Assembly (NCBI GenBank): GCA_000934665.2
Contig: JYFJ02000807.1
Coordinates: 1-64,000 of the forward strand
Source of the DNA: Catajapyx aquilonaris
Taxonomy: Eukaryota
Length of the DNA stretch: 64,000 nt
Direction of reading: 5' to 3'
Position 1 is the stretch's first letter. Each line of letters begins with the position of its first letter. The notes below the pieces were generated by a model, which was not told where the DNA came from, did not search any database, and saw only the letters and a list, made by a program, of their open reading frames with translations. Positions 26,920 through 40,638 of the stretch are shown here, in pieces. Position numbers and translations under genes: made by a program.

Positions 26920-29900
26920 TTTTGGCCTGCTGACCCGGATAAGTTCTCCAGCAGCATCGTACGCTGGAGAGACTAAAGGACCTCGAATTGGGAGCTTGCC
27001 TTAAAATCAATAACTTTCCATGCGCCAGTCTAACAGCTCGGCGTACTTCTACGTATTTTGCTCAGCATATGTCGCATTTCTGGGTCCAAGGGTATCGGTC
27101 ATTACACCATATGTGAAATGAGGAATGTGTGTGAGAGAAAAAAAATGTCCGAGGCTTAAGCAGCACATCGTGTTATGAGTGTGGGTGACCAGCACAAAAT
27201 GTGTTATCCGAGAGAAAAACAGAATTGTTTGACTTATAAGTCAGAAAGGAGGTTAATGGTCAGATTTGTTATGGGGTCATTTTTGGGGCGTTATCCTGTC
27301 GAGTGTTATGAAGTTCGTGCGATTAACTCCGACTGTGCAGTTCAATGGTATTTCAGTAGGGTATTTTTTTGTGTAAAACATTTTAACGCTAATAACGACT
27401 GAATAATTGATATTTTTATATCGAAAAGCGCAGTAAATGAATTTTACTTAGATGAGTGTAAAATATTAATAACAATGGTACCAATGTCTACTAGATAATA
27501 ATTTTAAATTAATGTATTAGAAACTCTGCGCCCTTTTAAATAGTACAACGGGTATGAACAGTAATATATTATTTTTGAAGGACACTGTTTATTTTCTTCA
27601 ATTTATGAGCTAATTAAAGTAATACTATACCAATATGACTGTTGTACTTGTGGTATGCTTCATTCTTAGTACGGTGAAAATGTGTCCAGCAAATTGCATT
27701 TTAAGATCCCTCAAAACACTTACTTTGGTAATTAACTCGTGGCCAATATTTTCCATTGTTTTTAAATACCTTCCAAGAAATGGTGTCCGAGCTTGTAATG
27801 TTGAGTTCTTTTGGAGGACATGCTCGCCTGAAATACTTATTTTTGAGAGGCATAATTTAAGCAACCAATTTATTACGATTACAAAGACACAACACACTGA
27901 ATACAGAATATGAACAATATTACTAAGCGTAATAGAAGTCAGTCATGTTTGTACAAGTAACTTATAGCGACATAACCAGCAAGGCATGTTCACAAGATGA
28001 AGTCTCATGTGAACTCCAAATTATATAGGTAACGTCGTGAAATTGCCATAACACACAAACGTTATTGTTGTCGAAAATTAGGCACATTTACACTGTATAA
28101 GATATAAAAGAAAATTTTGCATTTGCGTCCATAAAACACTGCGAATTAATTTAGGAACAAATGGGTGCATATATTGTTTTTTTTGCATTCTTAATAAAAT
28201 ATGTCACTTGGAATAACGCCATCCCAACTCTAATGCAAACCTTGAGCATTATTCGGAAAGAGCACCATTTCAATTTTTGAGTTTGATGTGAGTTAGGGGC
28301 GGGAGTATATGGTTTAGTAAACTTTCTTCCAGATTGCTCTTTGTGGAGCATATGCCCAAAATGTAGTGATGGTTTAAACCACGGCCTCTTCGACTCTCTT
28401 CGACAGGCTTCATGGATAGGCTTAGAAACAAATACGGAGCTCGTTGCCAGGATGCTACCACATCTAACATCGCGGGAAAGCTGCTGGCCTATAACTTTAT
28501 AACTAGTATATATAAATACTCTTTTACATCTGTCAGGTGAAAGCCAAAAACTAAGTCGTCTACCGCCTGGCAAAATCTTACGGTCACGGTTCTGCATAAT
28601 TATGCAAATGCAACAATAGACTATCAATTCGAATTTCAGGTTTCTTCTGCTAATACTTTTGGTAGCTATTTCTGCAAAAAGACACAATAGACATTTCTTC
28701 GTGATATACAATGTAGCAATATTACTATAAGTGGCACTGCGAAAATAACTTTTAAAATGCCGAATGATGGAGTTGTTTTTGTTTTCTCTCTGTTTTACTT
28801 ATTTTGTTTTATGAGCAATTTGTTGTGGTCATGGTCATTAGACTACCTAATAATATTATGGCAGGAGAGGTTATACAGTTTACCACAGTGAAATGGTGTA
28901 TAAGTATAACGAATACCATAGACATTAAAGGAGCCCCTCCTTTAATATTTATGACGAATACCATGAAGATTGTTATTTTGGCACTTATATCAGTTTCGTA
29001 TTATTGAAGGCTTTGTTAAAGTCGTGCAGTGTCCTCATAATAATGATGGCATTTCGGTATAACTTAGTACGAATTACACGAGAAGAATTTCTCCATTTGT
29101 ATTAAAACTTAGCAACAGTGTGAGCCGCAACACGCCTGCCAGCAGGCAAAGGTCATGCACCTGTCATGCCAGAAATATACAGTTTCTCAGCCAGAAAAAT
29201 TAATATGGTTTGAGTGGCAAAATCTTCCCTACGTAGCCTATATTATTTTTATAACAAGTGTGTTCTCTCACTAAATATTTCGTTTCAGCGCAATTTTAAA
29301 GTGGGTACAGTAGCACTATTCCTTCTCCTAGCCAAACTTGTACAAAACTACTGCATTTTTATCATGAACTACGTATGTCAACAGAGTGCACTGGAGTTTA
29401 CGTCATCACAGATTGAAAATATAGTGTTAATCACTTCCAACTGAAATTGTCCACTTCTCGTTTTTGGTCACCATGCTCATATGTTGCACAGCATTCAGAA
29501 AACATTTTCTGCTTGGTAAAGAGCCAGAGAAGTTTGTTATCCATTGCTGTCAGAAATGAGTTACATGTAAGAAAAAATATATAAAAAATGCATGTTTTAT
29601 ACCTCGTGACTCTGAATTCCTATCAGATGACTCATTCAAAGCTTGACCCTTGGCACTTTTTAAAAACTTACTTTCATATTATTATTATTTCTTTGTTAAC
29701 TTCGTAAAATATATTAGCGAAAGTTATAACAAGAATTTAACTGCTGGACGTTACGAGTTACTTTCAATATATTTACTAGTAGGCCTACCTTACATAATTT
29801 CAAAGTTATTTTTATGCTGCGAGAAGGCCAGGCATATAATTATTATACAGTATCAAGGTTAGCCTCTGGGTGTTTCTTTATTTTTGTGCCATTTTTCTTC

Positions 29901-30455
29901 CCATGCTGTAAGTTACAACCTCTGCTGGGAAAAGACCTGTATAGCCACATTATCTTTCATCATAAGTTTATATCAAAATCCTTCCATACAAAAAGCGCAA
30001 AAATTAATTATCCATACTTACTGTCGCATTTTTCATCATTTTTTATGTTAATGAAATTAGCCCATTCTCAAAGTCAACTGGATGGAATAACTTGGACTAT
30101 GACTGTAGAATATACGTGGAAAATCTCCGCCACATTTTATTAGATCGATCTGTTTCCTCTTGTATGAGACACACAGGCAAATGAGGACCAGATATTGTGA
30201 CTACCCACTGAATACTCTATCTGACTCGCCTATTTCTGCCCAAGGCTGAAATTGCCAGATAATCGCATTTTTTCAGCCACACTTACATTGCTTCAGTATA
30301 CTGCAGACAACTTCGAGAATATAATCGTATAGTGTGATTCCAGTTTCCTCCGACCGGGGCCACACTTGCTTAAACTCATATTCGTAAAATCAAGTAGCTA
30401 AAACAATCAGCCACTCAATATTGTATAAATATATTTATATTTATGCTGTGTTTAC

Positions 30456-32750
30456 TTATAAACTCTGTCTACTTGGTCTGGACGAAAAGGCGTTTGGAAA
30501 GAGTGACTCATAAAGGGGTGGATGATCGCCAATCATCACCTGAGCGTAAGACGGCGGAGGGCTTTCAACAATGTCATCACTTTCTATTGGCAATGGAGAT
30601 TCAGGTGTCATGGCGACAGTCAAATTATTCATACGATTAAATTGCACACGTATGTCATCTGCCCGGGTCTCATAGCATTGGTCTCGTGGAACATTTTGAG
30701 ACCTCCTATTAGCAATTACCTCTCTTACACAAAGCCTCAATCTATCAATTGGCATTATTTGCTCGGGGGGTAGGGCAACTCTAACTTGGTTCTGATAAGC
30801 TGCTTGAACTTCTTCGCTTTGTCGTTGAGGTGGTGGATGAGGAGGTGGATTTGGTTCCTGCTGTGACTGTTGCGATTGTTGCGATTGTGACATAATTCGC
30901 CGCAACCTTCTGTTTGCTATCATTTCCCTAACTCGTGACCTTAATTCAGGGGTTTGGTCCGAGACAATTTGTCTGGGCAACCCATCACGCACCAGCATCA
31001 GAAGGGCGAAAAATCCTACTATAGTACTTATTGCTACTGCAATTGTCAGGAGGGGTAGTATCAAATGTTGGTAGTCCCTTGGCTTTTTAGTGAGTTGGAC
31101 TGCAGGACTCCCAGGACCTGGAAAGAATTAGTCAGTTATGATCTATGTAATCCTGTATAATTTACAATATCGACAATATCACAGTGGCAGTTTTAAGTTG
31201 AACTTTGCAGTCAGAGAGACAGGCCAAAGTTTCTCTATGTTTTAGAGTGCTCATTACATTGGGCCAACAAGTAGGCCTATACCCTGGCGGGAGTTTGACA
31301 TGATGAAGTCATATACTGTACACCAGATTGTCCAGATATTTATACGTGTAATATACATATACGTACATATGTTTAGATTGGAGTTGATGCAATAGACGTC
31401 TGATCTGCGACAATGTACGTAGTGATTACTCGGGACTCTAACATAGGAACAACCTAAAACAGAAATTATTAGTTAGTTTTCTTCAGTATAATTAGTATGA
31501 AAAACATTCTGGTCATGTCTCTGTTATGTTCGTCCCGAAAGTGAGGGTGTATGGCGGTTGATTTTGTCAAGTGAGGGAGGGATAGGTCAAGATATGATGG
31601 GTCAGCCGAATGTGATATCGATACGGGGACGACCTGCAAGCAGGTAGATGCGAATAATAATAATTACTTACCACTTTCCTCCTGGAACAGTTCAGGGTTT
31701 TTTTTACATGACTGATTCATAATGATATTGCCATCCGCAAGGTGAGATGCTATTTTATATACTCTTACACAACCAATTTGAAATTTTAAAGGCTCAAAAT
31801 GAAAGGGACATAGCTATACATCAGTCTGGGATTCGTGTTTCCTTTTTTCATAGTAAGGAATACTCGCATATTCGTTACAGTATATACTATACAATACGAA
31901 TATACTAGTATTCCTTACTATAAATTATGCTATCGTCGTGATTTGGTCATAACTCATAAGGGTTGTCACTCGTGTGATGGCACATTTGCATACTTTTGGA
32001 GATTCCCTCCAGAATGGCTGTAGAAGTCAATATTTGTACGATACCTTGATAGCTAGTGAAGGCGATCCTCAGAGTGACGAATGGCATGGAGTGTAAGTGA
32101 CTTATAAACTCTGGCCCAATTTTCAAAGTCACTCTAATAAGGCCTTCCCTCGTGTTATAGACCATGCCAGCGTTCTTGGATTGAACAATTCCTGATCGGA
32201 ACAGCACATTGGTAGGAATCTGACTGCTCCGCCCACACCATGGTCCACCTCCGTCAATGATACTATTCATCCTCTCTCCAAGCTGCGTGTAAAACACAGA
32301 AATAGATCTGTTTGCTCACATTGTAGCTTGTAACAGAACTAAAGCTACACATACCGTGACGTAATCTAAACAGTCTCCATCCACATCTTTCCTTAAAGAC
32401 ATCACTTCCATGACACCGATGAGTTCAAAGTCCTTGGGCGCCTCAATATCGAATTTACAAGTCTTGTTGCACACATCCAGATCTGTAGCTGTATTATACG
32501 CTAAGAAAACAGTAATTCCATTGTAAGTGTAAGGGACCTTTATCTTTCGAATCGTTGAGCCGGTCCAGTCGCATATCTGATGGGTACGGTCTGCATCTGC
32601 AATGATACTCGATGCAATACGATTTACAAGGCACCAGTATGTGTACTTACAGTGCATATACCGGTATGTCGGATGAGCAGTTGCGCCCAGAAGGATGGCA
32701 GCAAAGAGAGGAGCAGGCAGCAATGTGTGGCCAGTGGATGTGCATCTCAT
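30456..32750 (-). CDS. Cluster gene C: signal/CUB-like/divergent LDLa/TM receptor with two PPxY motifs
   Basis: Exons 32750-32651, 32596-32355, 32282-32045, 31453-31283, 31117-30456 (phases 1,0,1,1). Motifs VMEVMSLR...CLDYVT, PWCG, LRIAFTSY. The Cys-rich exon 4 lacks the acidic LDLa cluster and its boundaries are less certain. Tail PPPSYAQV, PPLYESLF. Confidence 0.8.
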
Positions 32751-35122
32751 TGCACCGCTTCTAGGCCTTTGAATTCGCCGTGATGTGGCTTACTTGTCAT
32801 TGCGAAATTCTCTTAACGAAAGTGGCCCACCGAGCATGAGCAGAATATTCAGTCAATATAGGATACGGGGGGTATCGACGTCGTGTTAGGAAACGCTCCC
32901 ATTTTGAATCCAAATCTACTGTATAACTCTGCAAGGACAGTTCTGGTAACTTTGAAAATGGTATAAACTTACCGTTAGTTGAATCGCAGACCGGTGTCTT
33001 AATTTTGGGGCGTACTTATCTATTTGTAATGCAATTTGAGGTGATTTTAACCTTAGTTTTCTACGCAATAAATATATAGTTAAATGACATTTAGAGTAAT
33101 GATCATTACTACAGCATATCATTACTATAAATGGCATTTGAGGTACCATTTGCCAAAAAGAGTTTTTAGAGCCGCAAGATACCCCTCAACGAAACTTTTT
33201 AAGAGGACAGTATATAGTCTTGTCTAAATATGTTCCGTCAAGGTTCCGTTTAAAATAGTTTCATTGTGGTTCTTTGACTTCCTGGGAAGCTTCAGCAACA
33301 GTAATACTATTGGTAGTATTCCTTTTCGTTGACTTAAAGCCCCCTTTTACAAATATAGCAGTCATGAAAATTAGTATGAAGATGAGAGCTAAGCCTACAA
33401 TCGCAACTGGGAGGGCAATATTTTGGAATATGTAGAGCATATTTAAAGAATTCTCCTCTTGGACTGTGGACTCTGGAACAAAAATACTGACACTGCATTG
33501 CTATATAATGCATCTATTTGTATTTGTTTTCAGCAGTTAAAGACCAGATTTGCAGAACTATCAGAGTCACATAATGGTTGAAATTATTAAGTTGGTCAGT
33601 TATTATTAAGTGATCAATTCGTTATTGTTCTTGATCAAGTACATGTATCTATTGCCATCTGCTATGCGGATAATTCGATCTTCGAACAAAAATATGTCAC
33701 ATCCGTATGTCATTCCACTGCGACTCTGGTAGTATGTTGTGCAATATATTGGTAGTCTTTATTTGCATGAAGTTTGACAATGCAGGTGTCGGCAAGATTG
33801 TAATTTAAAATTGTGATAATAATATCATGTAGCGATTCTAATGATTTTTCTGGTATGAAAATATCCTGAGGCTGACTTAAATTGAGGGGTGCAAGTTTTA
33901 CAAAATTATATTATTTCCACATGAAAAAATTTATAAGCATTGTCAAATTGATGATAGGTTATATTAAAGTTCCAGATTTACAAAAAAATCAATCCCCTAG
34001 GTAGGGCATATCCAACGAACTTTAACTCACAAAGTTTCTTGTGTAATATAACAGGCTTCTTAGAATCTATTTTTAAATCATTTTAAATAAGTACTATAAA
34101 ATGATCATTGATCTTTACATTGGCCGGCTCAATTTATGCATTAAATCTGTCGCTTCAAAAGAGTACGCTATTCCAGTTCAGGCAATAAGTAAGCAAGCAA
34201 GCAAAAAAAAGAAAGGAAAAGAAAGAAAGAAAAAATAAGTGTGGAATCATCAAAAAATTACCCGTAGCAGACGAGAGAGCTTCACCGAATGCATTCATTA
34301 AAGTTGTTTGTGCAGACATCTTTGATTGTTGTCAATTGTCATCACAGATAATAATGTCGTTACATGTCAATTCATGAGTCCACGTTACAAGTAGGCCTCT
34401 TTCTGCCTCGAATTTGGGCAAAAAAGACAGTGTATAGCAATATTTAATTACTAATAAAACTGTCCCTTATTCAGTGATACTGCATACTTACACAAACCAA
34501 TTTGATTCCAACTGGTGTAAATCGTGTATTCATCCTCTGGCACAGTTTCGCTCTCTTTGGCCACTCCGATGAGCGCCAATGACGCAGCAAGATCAATTTA
34601 TAAATATGTGTCTCTGAAATACGTGAAGTCAGGAAAAATGCGTGTGTAGTAATTTTGAAATTCAATAGCTGTCGCACGCTATCAGGCAAGACACAATAGT
34701 GCCGTGTTAAACCCAAGCTAGCAAACTAAGATTGCCGCACACACCATTCTAAATAGATGATCGTCCACAAAAAGTATACGTCACACTGTCGTTCATCTTC
34801 CTTTACTCTCCACACCATCCCTACACCCCAGGTCGCGCACAGTCACGCAAATAGCCTTAACGGTATTTACATCCTTCAGAAAATATGTAGGGCCTCTACG
34901 GTATTGCATATTCGAACATTCTGCCAAGATTAGATGGTACAAGTACTTGGCATGTCTGCATAAAACTATTCACAAAGAAACGCTAAGTTTTACTGGTAAA
35001 ATGAGGTTACCTCAAGCTATATCTCCAGGTTGTTCAACTTTTAATGAGTCATTTTGTTGTTCAAGATAAGTCATTACGAGAGGAAGAATAACCAATTTTT
35101 CACATAGGTAAGAAAATAATAT

Positions 35123-36394
35123 TTATTCAGATGCAGTTGTGTCATCACACTGTGTTGTGTCATCACACTGTGTTGGTACATCAGAACAAACAGTATCACA
35201 CGTTGGTGGAGGGATATCTGGAAAATCATTAGTTGGGGGAGAATCACATATTTGGGGGACATTCACACTTGTGTCCACATATGTAGGAATTTCTGGAGCA
35301 GATGGTGCGATATTTGTGACACCCTCCTCTAAGGCAACTTGCTGTGACACTGTATTTATATCTTGATGCGATTGTGTATACATTGGAGGATTGTAATATG
35401 TAACTCCTGATGCTGGCATCGACCGGGAAAAACAACAATCACTCCCACCGGCAGACCATATTTTGCAAGTAACTACTCCCAAAACAACAATTATAATTAA
35501 AAGTGCTACGAGGATAAATATGACAGGACTTTCCATGAACATGTGTTGCCTTTCTGGGACTTCGTCAGAGCCGTGTGAAACACCTGAAAGAATCAATTTA
35601 ATATAGTGTTATGCTTCTTCCTGTTTTGGAAATGGCTTGTCAATACTCATTCTGCTGTCTGGATGTGAATCACCACTGGAGTCCTCCTTTGGCCAAAATG
35701 AATCACCATTGCATATGATGTTGTCGCTTATGCATTTGAGATCTTTATTTCCAGCACATTTTTTCCATGATTTCAACCCATACTCAGAGGAACAGTCTGC
35801 AGAGGAAAATGTATCTTTAACTCTACAGGGTGCTTATTATTTTACACTAGCCAACTTACTATGAAAGGCGATGAAGTTTAGTTGTAAATCGGTTTGTGAC
35901 CGTGAATCTTCCTGTATTTCTGCCAGATCAGGTCCGTTGTGTAAGTGAACTTTTATGAAACCATAATCACTTAGAAATATGTATGGGTTCATCTCGCTGG
36001 TATAAATTTGGCCTGGCTTCACGTAGGTGATAGAGTTTGTGACGTTTCCGCATATTGGCTGCGTTGTTGTGGTTTCGTTTTCAAACTAAAAAATAGGAAA
36101 CATATTATGCAATCTCAGGGTGTTTTAATTAACTTAGTGGAACTTTTAATGACAAAACTGTATCGGAATTTTTTGCGACATGTAGGCATATAGACTCCCC
36201 ACCCAATAAGTAGTTATAATGCAGCATGCCTACTGCTTGTATTATACAATATGATGGAATTGGGTCTGGGAAGATTAGTATTATCAGTTAAATTATATGT
36301 TAGCAGTAATTATTGCGTTTACTAATTTCGCTTTTTGCATCAAGGCCGCGTTTATTCCTTTTAAAGTTTAATGCAGAAGGCACTTTTATATATC

Positions 36395-36472
<78 letters not shown>

Positions 36473-37072
36473 TTTTTGAACAACTGTTAAGTTCTTCAGA
36501 TGTTACTAACATAATAATCTACATTACTGATTACTCATAAGTACAGTGCTATAATACAAGGCCCATCGACCCAACATTCACACCTGTATGTAGTCAACAC
36601 AGCTCTCATTGTATTTCCTCAAATACATATGCTCAACGACAGCGACGATGTGATGGCCTTCATCGGCTTCGACCTCAAACATTACGCAAGAGGTATTGTA
36701 AACATGGCTAGGCAGAGGATGTGTGCCAACCAGTTTGACGGAAACGTCTCTGAAAAGGCTGCTGCTACTCGACAGTGGATATTTGATGGGTACTAAGCCG
36801 CCACGCCAACCACATCCATTGCGATACACCTCCACTGCAACGAAAGTAACATAGTCTATCTATGAACTATTCATGCGTTGTTTACAACTGTGACGATTGC
36901 AGAGCATAATTATACAGTGCTTGTATTGTACATCGGGAAAACTACACGATATATCGTTTAGTAAAGTTAATTAGAAATTCACACGCTGTATATACTTACA
37001 GTCTGAGTAAGTATCCTTGTAAATTGATATAAAAATTGATACAAATAAAAACGATGGAAGTGTGTGTTTCAT
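35123..37072 (-). CDS. Cluster gene D: signal/CUB-like/4-Cys LDLa remnant/TM receptor
   Basis: Exons 37072-37000, 36834-36584, 36085-35860, 35796-35647, 35583-35123 (phases 1,0,1,1). Motifs LVGTHPLPSHVYNTSCVMF, VVEHMYLR...CVDYIQ, ICGN, KVHLHNGP. TM VIFILVALLIIIVVLGVVTC. Confidence 0.85.
36396..36469. repeat. (AAT)n microsatellite in intron 2 of gene D
   Basis: About 25 AAT units with no adjacent SINE body recognisable. Confidence 0.95.
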
Positions 37073-37521
37073 GACGCAGGTGTAGACTAAGCGAGAACTT
37101 GAACACGATGGCGTGAGGAATGTGGAAAAATCTATAGCAAATGGGTCTGGTCAGAAATGTCACGTGGATGGAATACAGAATGAATTAATGTGTATAGGCT
37201 GCCCCTCACCCTCACGCTATCTATCAGGCAAGTGACATATTACTCTTCTCTGGAAGCTTGTGGCCAGCTTGTGGCCTAACTGACGGGTATCCATTGTGGT
37301 GTAAACATGCAGCATATTCCAGTTTTACAAAGAACTGTTGCAAGCACCTGATCGAGATTACGTACAGTATGTGCACAAAATTATTTGGTAACAGGTTTAT
37401 ATGTAATTACTATATTTTATTATTTACTTCTATTAGCTTATAATTATGTTTATTTCAATGATTTATGACTTATTTTATTGCAATGAATGTGTGGCGTTTT
37501 CAGTTCATAATTGGGATTAAC

Positions 37522-37580
37522 ACCCCCCCCCCCCCTATAGCTCCCATAAGGGACATCACGGGGTAAAATAATAAAAAAAA
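37522..37580 (+). mobile_element. 5'-truncated retroposon consisting only of the 3' stem-loop and A-rich tail
   Basis: CCCC TATAG CTCCC ATAA GGGAC ATCAC GGGGTA AAATAATAAAAAAAA, flanked by the direct repeat TTGGGATTAAC (37511-37521, 37581-37591). Confidence 0.75.
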
Positions 37581-37643
37581 TTGGGATTAACTCTTGTCTC
37601 CTTCATTAATGTTGACTACCCCTTAGATCAAGTGTCGTGGTTG

Positions 37644-37644
<1 letters not shown>

Positions 37645-37698
<54 letters not shown>
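37645..37698. repeat. (GAT)n microsatellite
   Basis: About 18 GAT units. Confidence 0.95.
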
Positions 37699-40040
37699 CT
37701 GATTGACAACTATATTATGCAACTGTTACAGCAAATCAACTGAGATTGTTTGTAATGCAGTATGCATGGTGAAAACTATATAATTATGGTCTAGATGCAC
37801 TCCGATTGTTTAGAGTTCGGAATTGCTTATAGTGAACACTTCAAATCATATTGTGAGGTCTGTGTGAACACTGAATAACATAGCAGAGATGTATTCTAAT
37901 CTGGTGTATCATTACTCTTAATCGCCTATTTGCATGATTAGAACGTTTTCTGCCATAAACATGATTAATAATGAACGTACAGGATTGTAGTTGCCATTCT
38001 TGTAGTTGGAGCTGTGTATACGGTATGTTCTGCTACCTCGCTAAGTGCTGCTGCAGCAGCCTGCTGGAGTGCTTATGCCAGCAGATGTGGCTCCTCAAGT
38101 GGAATGTATACAGTAGATCTACATACGAATAACAATGATTCGAATAAAAATATTTCCACACGTAACATTTCTTTTGATCCGATATTATTATCACGTAAAG
38201 GAAAAAAAGTATGTGATTCTATATTCCAATAAACCTTTTATACACCCGCACCTCTAGATGTTAAATGGTCCTGTTAAAATGACGTATGTTACAAACTACA
38301 GTCGCAAAAAATCGAGGAATAAGAACAAGAATTGATAAGAATAAGAACCGGTTGTTAAAAATTAATCACTAAATATGACAATTTTAACAGTAAGTAGTAA
38401 ACTCGCTATCAATTACAGCGGGAGATTTTTGTCTGCTACTCTTTATTTAATGTGTATTTAACTATTTATACTCCTAAATGGTACAGTACTATACACTTGA
38501 TGTATAAAATCGACAACCCAGACATGTTGACCCAAAATCAACCTATATTCTCACTTTTTAAATATTTAGGCAGATATTATAGCCAAAATATTGTAGGCCT
38601 ACTTTATTTGACAAGAGCGCTCGTACGAGTTATTTCACATCACAATCATTTTAAAACTTACCAGTTTTTCCCTGCACTACAACCCTTAGCAATCCTGCAG
38701 GCGAAATAATATATTTTCATATTGCGGCTGTACAGTACAGCAGGCTACATCACAGACTACAGTAGTAATGTTAAGTAGTTAAGTAAATGCGTGGCTACTT
38801 GTTACATCTAAATAAGGATACGAAGTATGAGGAATCTTGTGATACTTTTTGACACACAACGTTCCAGTTGTACAGCGTCCGCTTCATCAAGCGATTTTTG
38901 CAATGTAACTGCTTATTACTGATTAAGCAGAAGCTTTGAACTGTTACTTTTAATTATTACTGATGCAAAAATACTCTCTGCTATACTCCAATAAGTTAAT
39001 ATGTTTAGTTAATCTTTTTAACCACCGTATACGGGAATATATGTTTAGACTACTCCAAAAAGCGGAGTATTGGGTTAAATAGCCATGTCGTAAGCCTGAA
39101 TATTGTTTGCAATTTCGGTGATTATGTTTCCATTCAACCGAACATCAATAGCCAATGTTATATTATCTTGCAAAATTGACAATGATGATAAAGTAGGCCT
39201 ACTTGCTTAGTATTGTTGATTTTATTAATGTAGCTGCCTGGGAAAGCACTTGAATATTTTAGAACCCACTTAATGCTGTGTTATGGCCTTCGGAAGAGCG
39301 GATAAAAGATTTTCATTCGCACGAAATACTATGCCACAATTCCACCTCACACATCCGGTACTCGTAATCACTCTGCACTAGAAGAAGAAAAAAAAACGTG
39401 TTCAGGTCATTATAATGCATAGAAAGTAGAATAATATCAAATGCTATAGTATAATATACCATAATTATTTAATTGTCAGAACATGTGGAATTCAGCACTT
39501 CCACAAAATGGTTAAACTTCATTGATTTATTGTTATTACAATATAAGTACAATCAAATAATTTATCATGTGGAATTAGGGGTTAATTTAAAAAAAATTGA
39601 TGGTATCCACACTGTTGGTGAGGGCACACCCGAAACTTCAGAAAACTAATACCGTAAAGTGGGACTGCTTTGTACCAATTGGTTAATAATTTATTATCGC
39701 CCTTACTAGTGCAGTTTCAAACTTTAAAAAAATGCACCATTCTTGAACTTCTTAGCAACACTTTTGCACTATTGTTCGTTGCAAGGCAGATTATATAACA
39801 CTGTACAGAAAATGGCAAAGTTGGAGTAAAGTAGCCCCATGGGGTGGGGCTTCTTTGATCCAGTATGATTAACCCCATTTTACGGTATCAGTTTATTACT
39901 TCATACAAGTGTTACGTGTGTAGGTGACATCGATCGATTTCCATAGTTGTTTTCTGAGTGCTGAAGATGGATTCACGCAGGTGGACGAATGGAATTCCAC
40001 TTGATTTCCGGAAAGTTGTCCATGGACTTGATTACTTTGT

Positions 40041-40638
40041 TTAATATTCAACATATTCCATGGGAGAAATTTGTATTGGTTCTGGCTGTACTTCGGCTAC
40101 TTTATTCCTATGTCGCCTAGAACCACTTTTTATACACGAAGTTAAGATTACTACCAATGTCAAAAGTACAAGGCTGACTATCGCAATTGGGCAGGCATAT
40201 TTCTCGAGCACTGTTACTGTTTCAGGTACTGAGTTTTGGAACTGGGACTCTGTAAATAAGCATCATTATTAGAGATTATCATGCAGTCAGCATGACTGGC
40301 AGTATAGTGTATAGCATGTGTACAATTATATTGTGCACGAATTGTTGAAAAAATACCTCTCATGTTGGATAGGTGAAAACTCGTTTACAGTTGTTGCCGA
40401 TTATACTGTATCTTCCTCATCAAGGAATTTTTGCGAAATAAATGTAGTCAGAACAAGGGGGGAAAGGTGTCAAGAGGAACCTATTTTACAAATCTAGATT
40501 CACATAATATGAAATTGGTAAAAATTTCTTCAACAGCTCACTACACGTTATTTATGAAAAGATTTCTGCAGGCATACCGTTGAAAGTAGGGGTACCACCA
40601 GAGATTGGAGTAGTCAGGTCATATCTTGGCGATGTCAT
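40041..40638 (-). CDS. Cluster gene F: short signal-less single-TM paralog with truncated tail (possibly a pseudogene)
   Basis: Exon 40638-40578 (MTSPRYDLTTPISGGTPTFN, phase 1) and exon 40249-40041 (ESQFQNSVPETVTVLEKYACPIAIVSLVLLTLVVILTSCIKSGSRRHRNK...QPEP...YVEY*). The TM exon resembles that of gene G. The start exon is inferred. Confidence 0.55.

Noticed and set aside
28151..28711. 186-aa ORF, possibly a transposase relic
   Set aside because: No motif, TIR or splice structure that I could identify with confidence.
31672..31815. Possible extra exon in gene C ending in a good GTAAGT donor
   Set aside because: No acceptor gives an open frame compatible with the phase-1 upstream exon.
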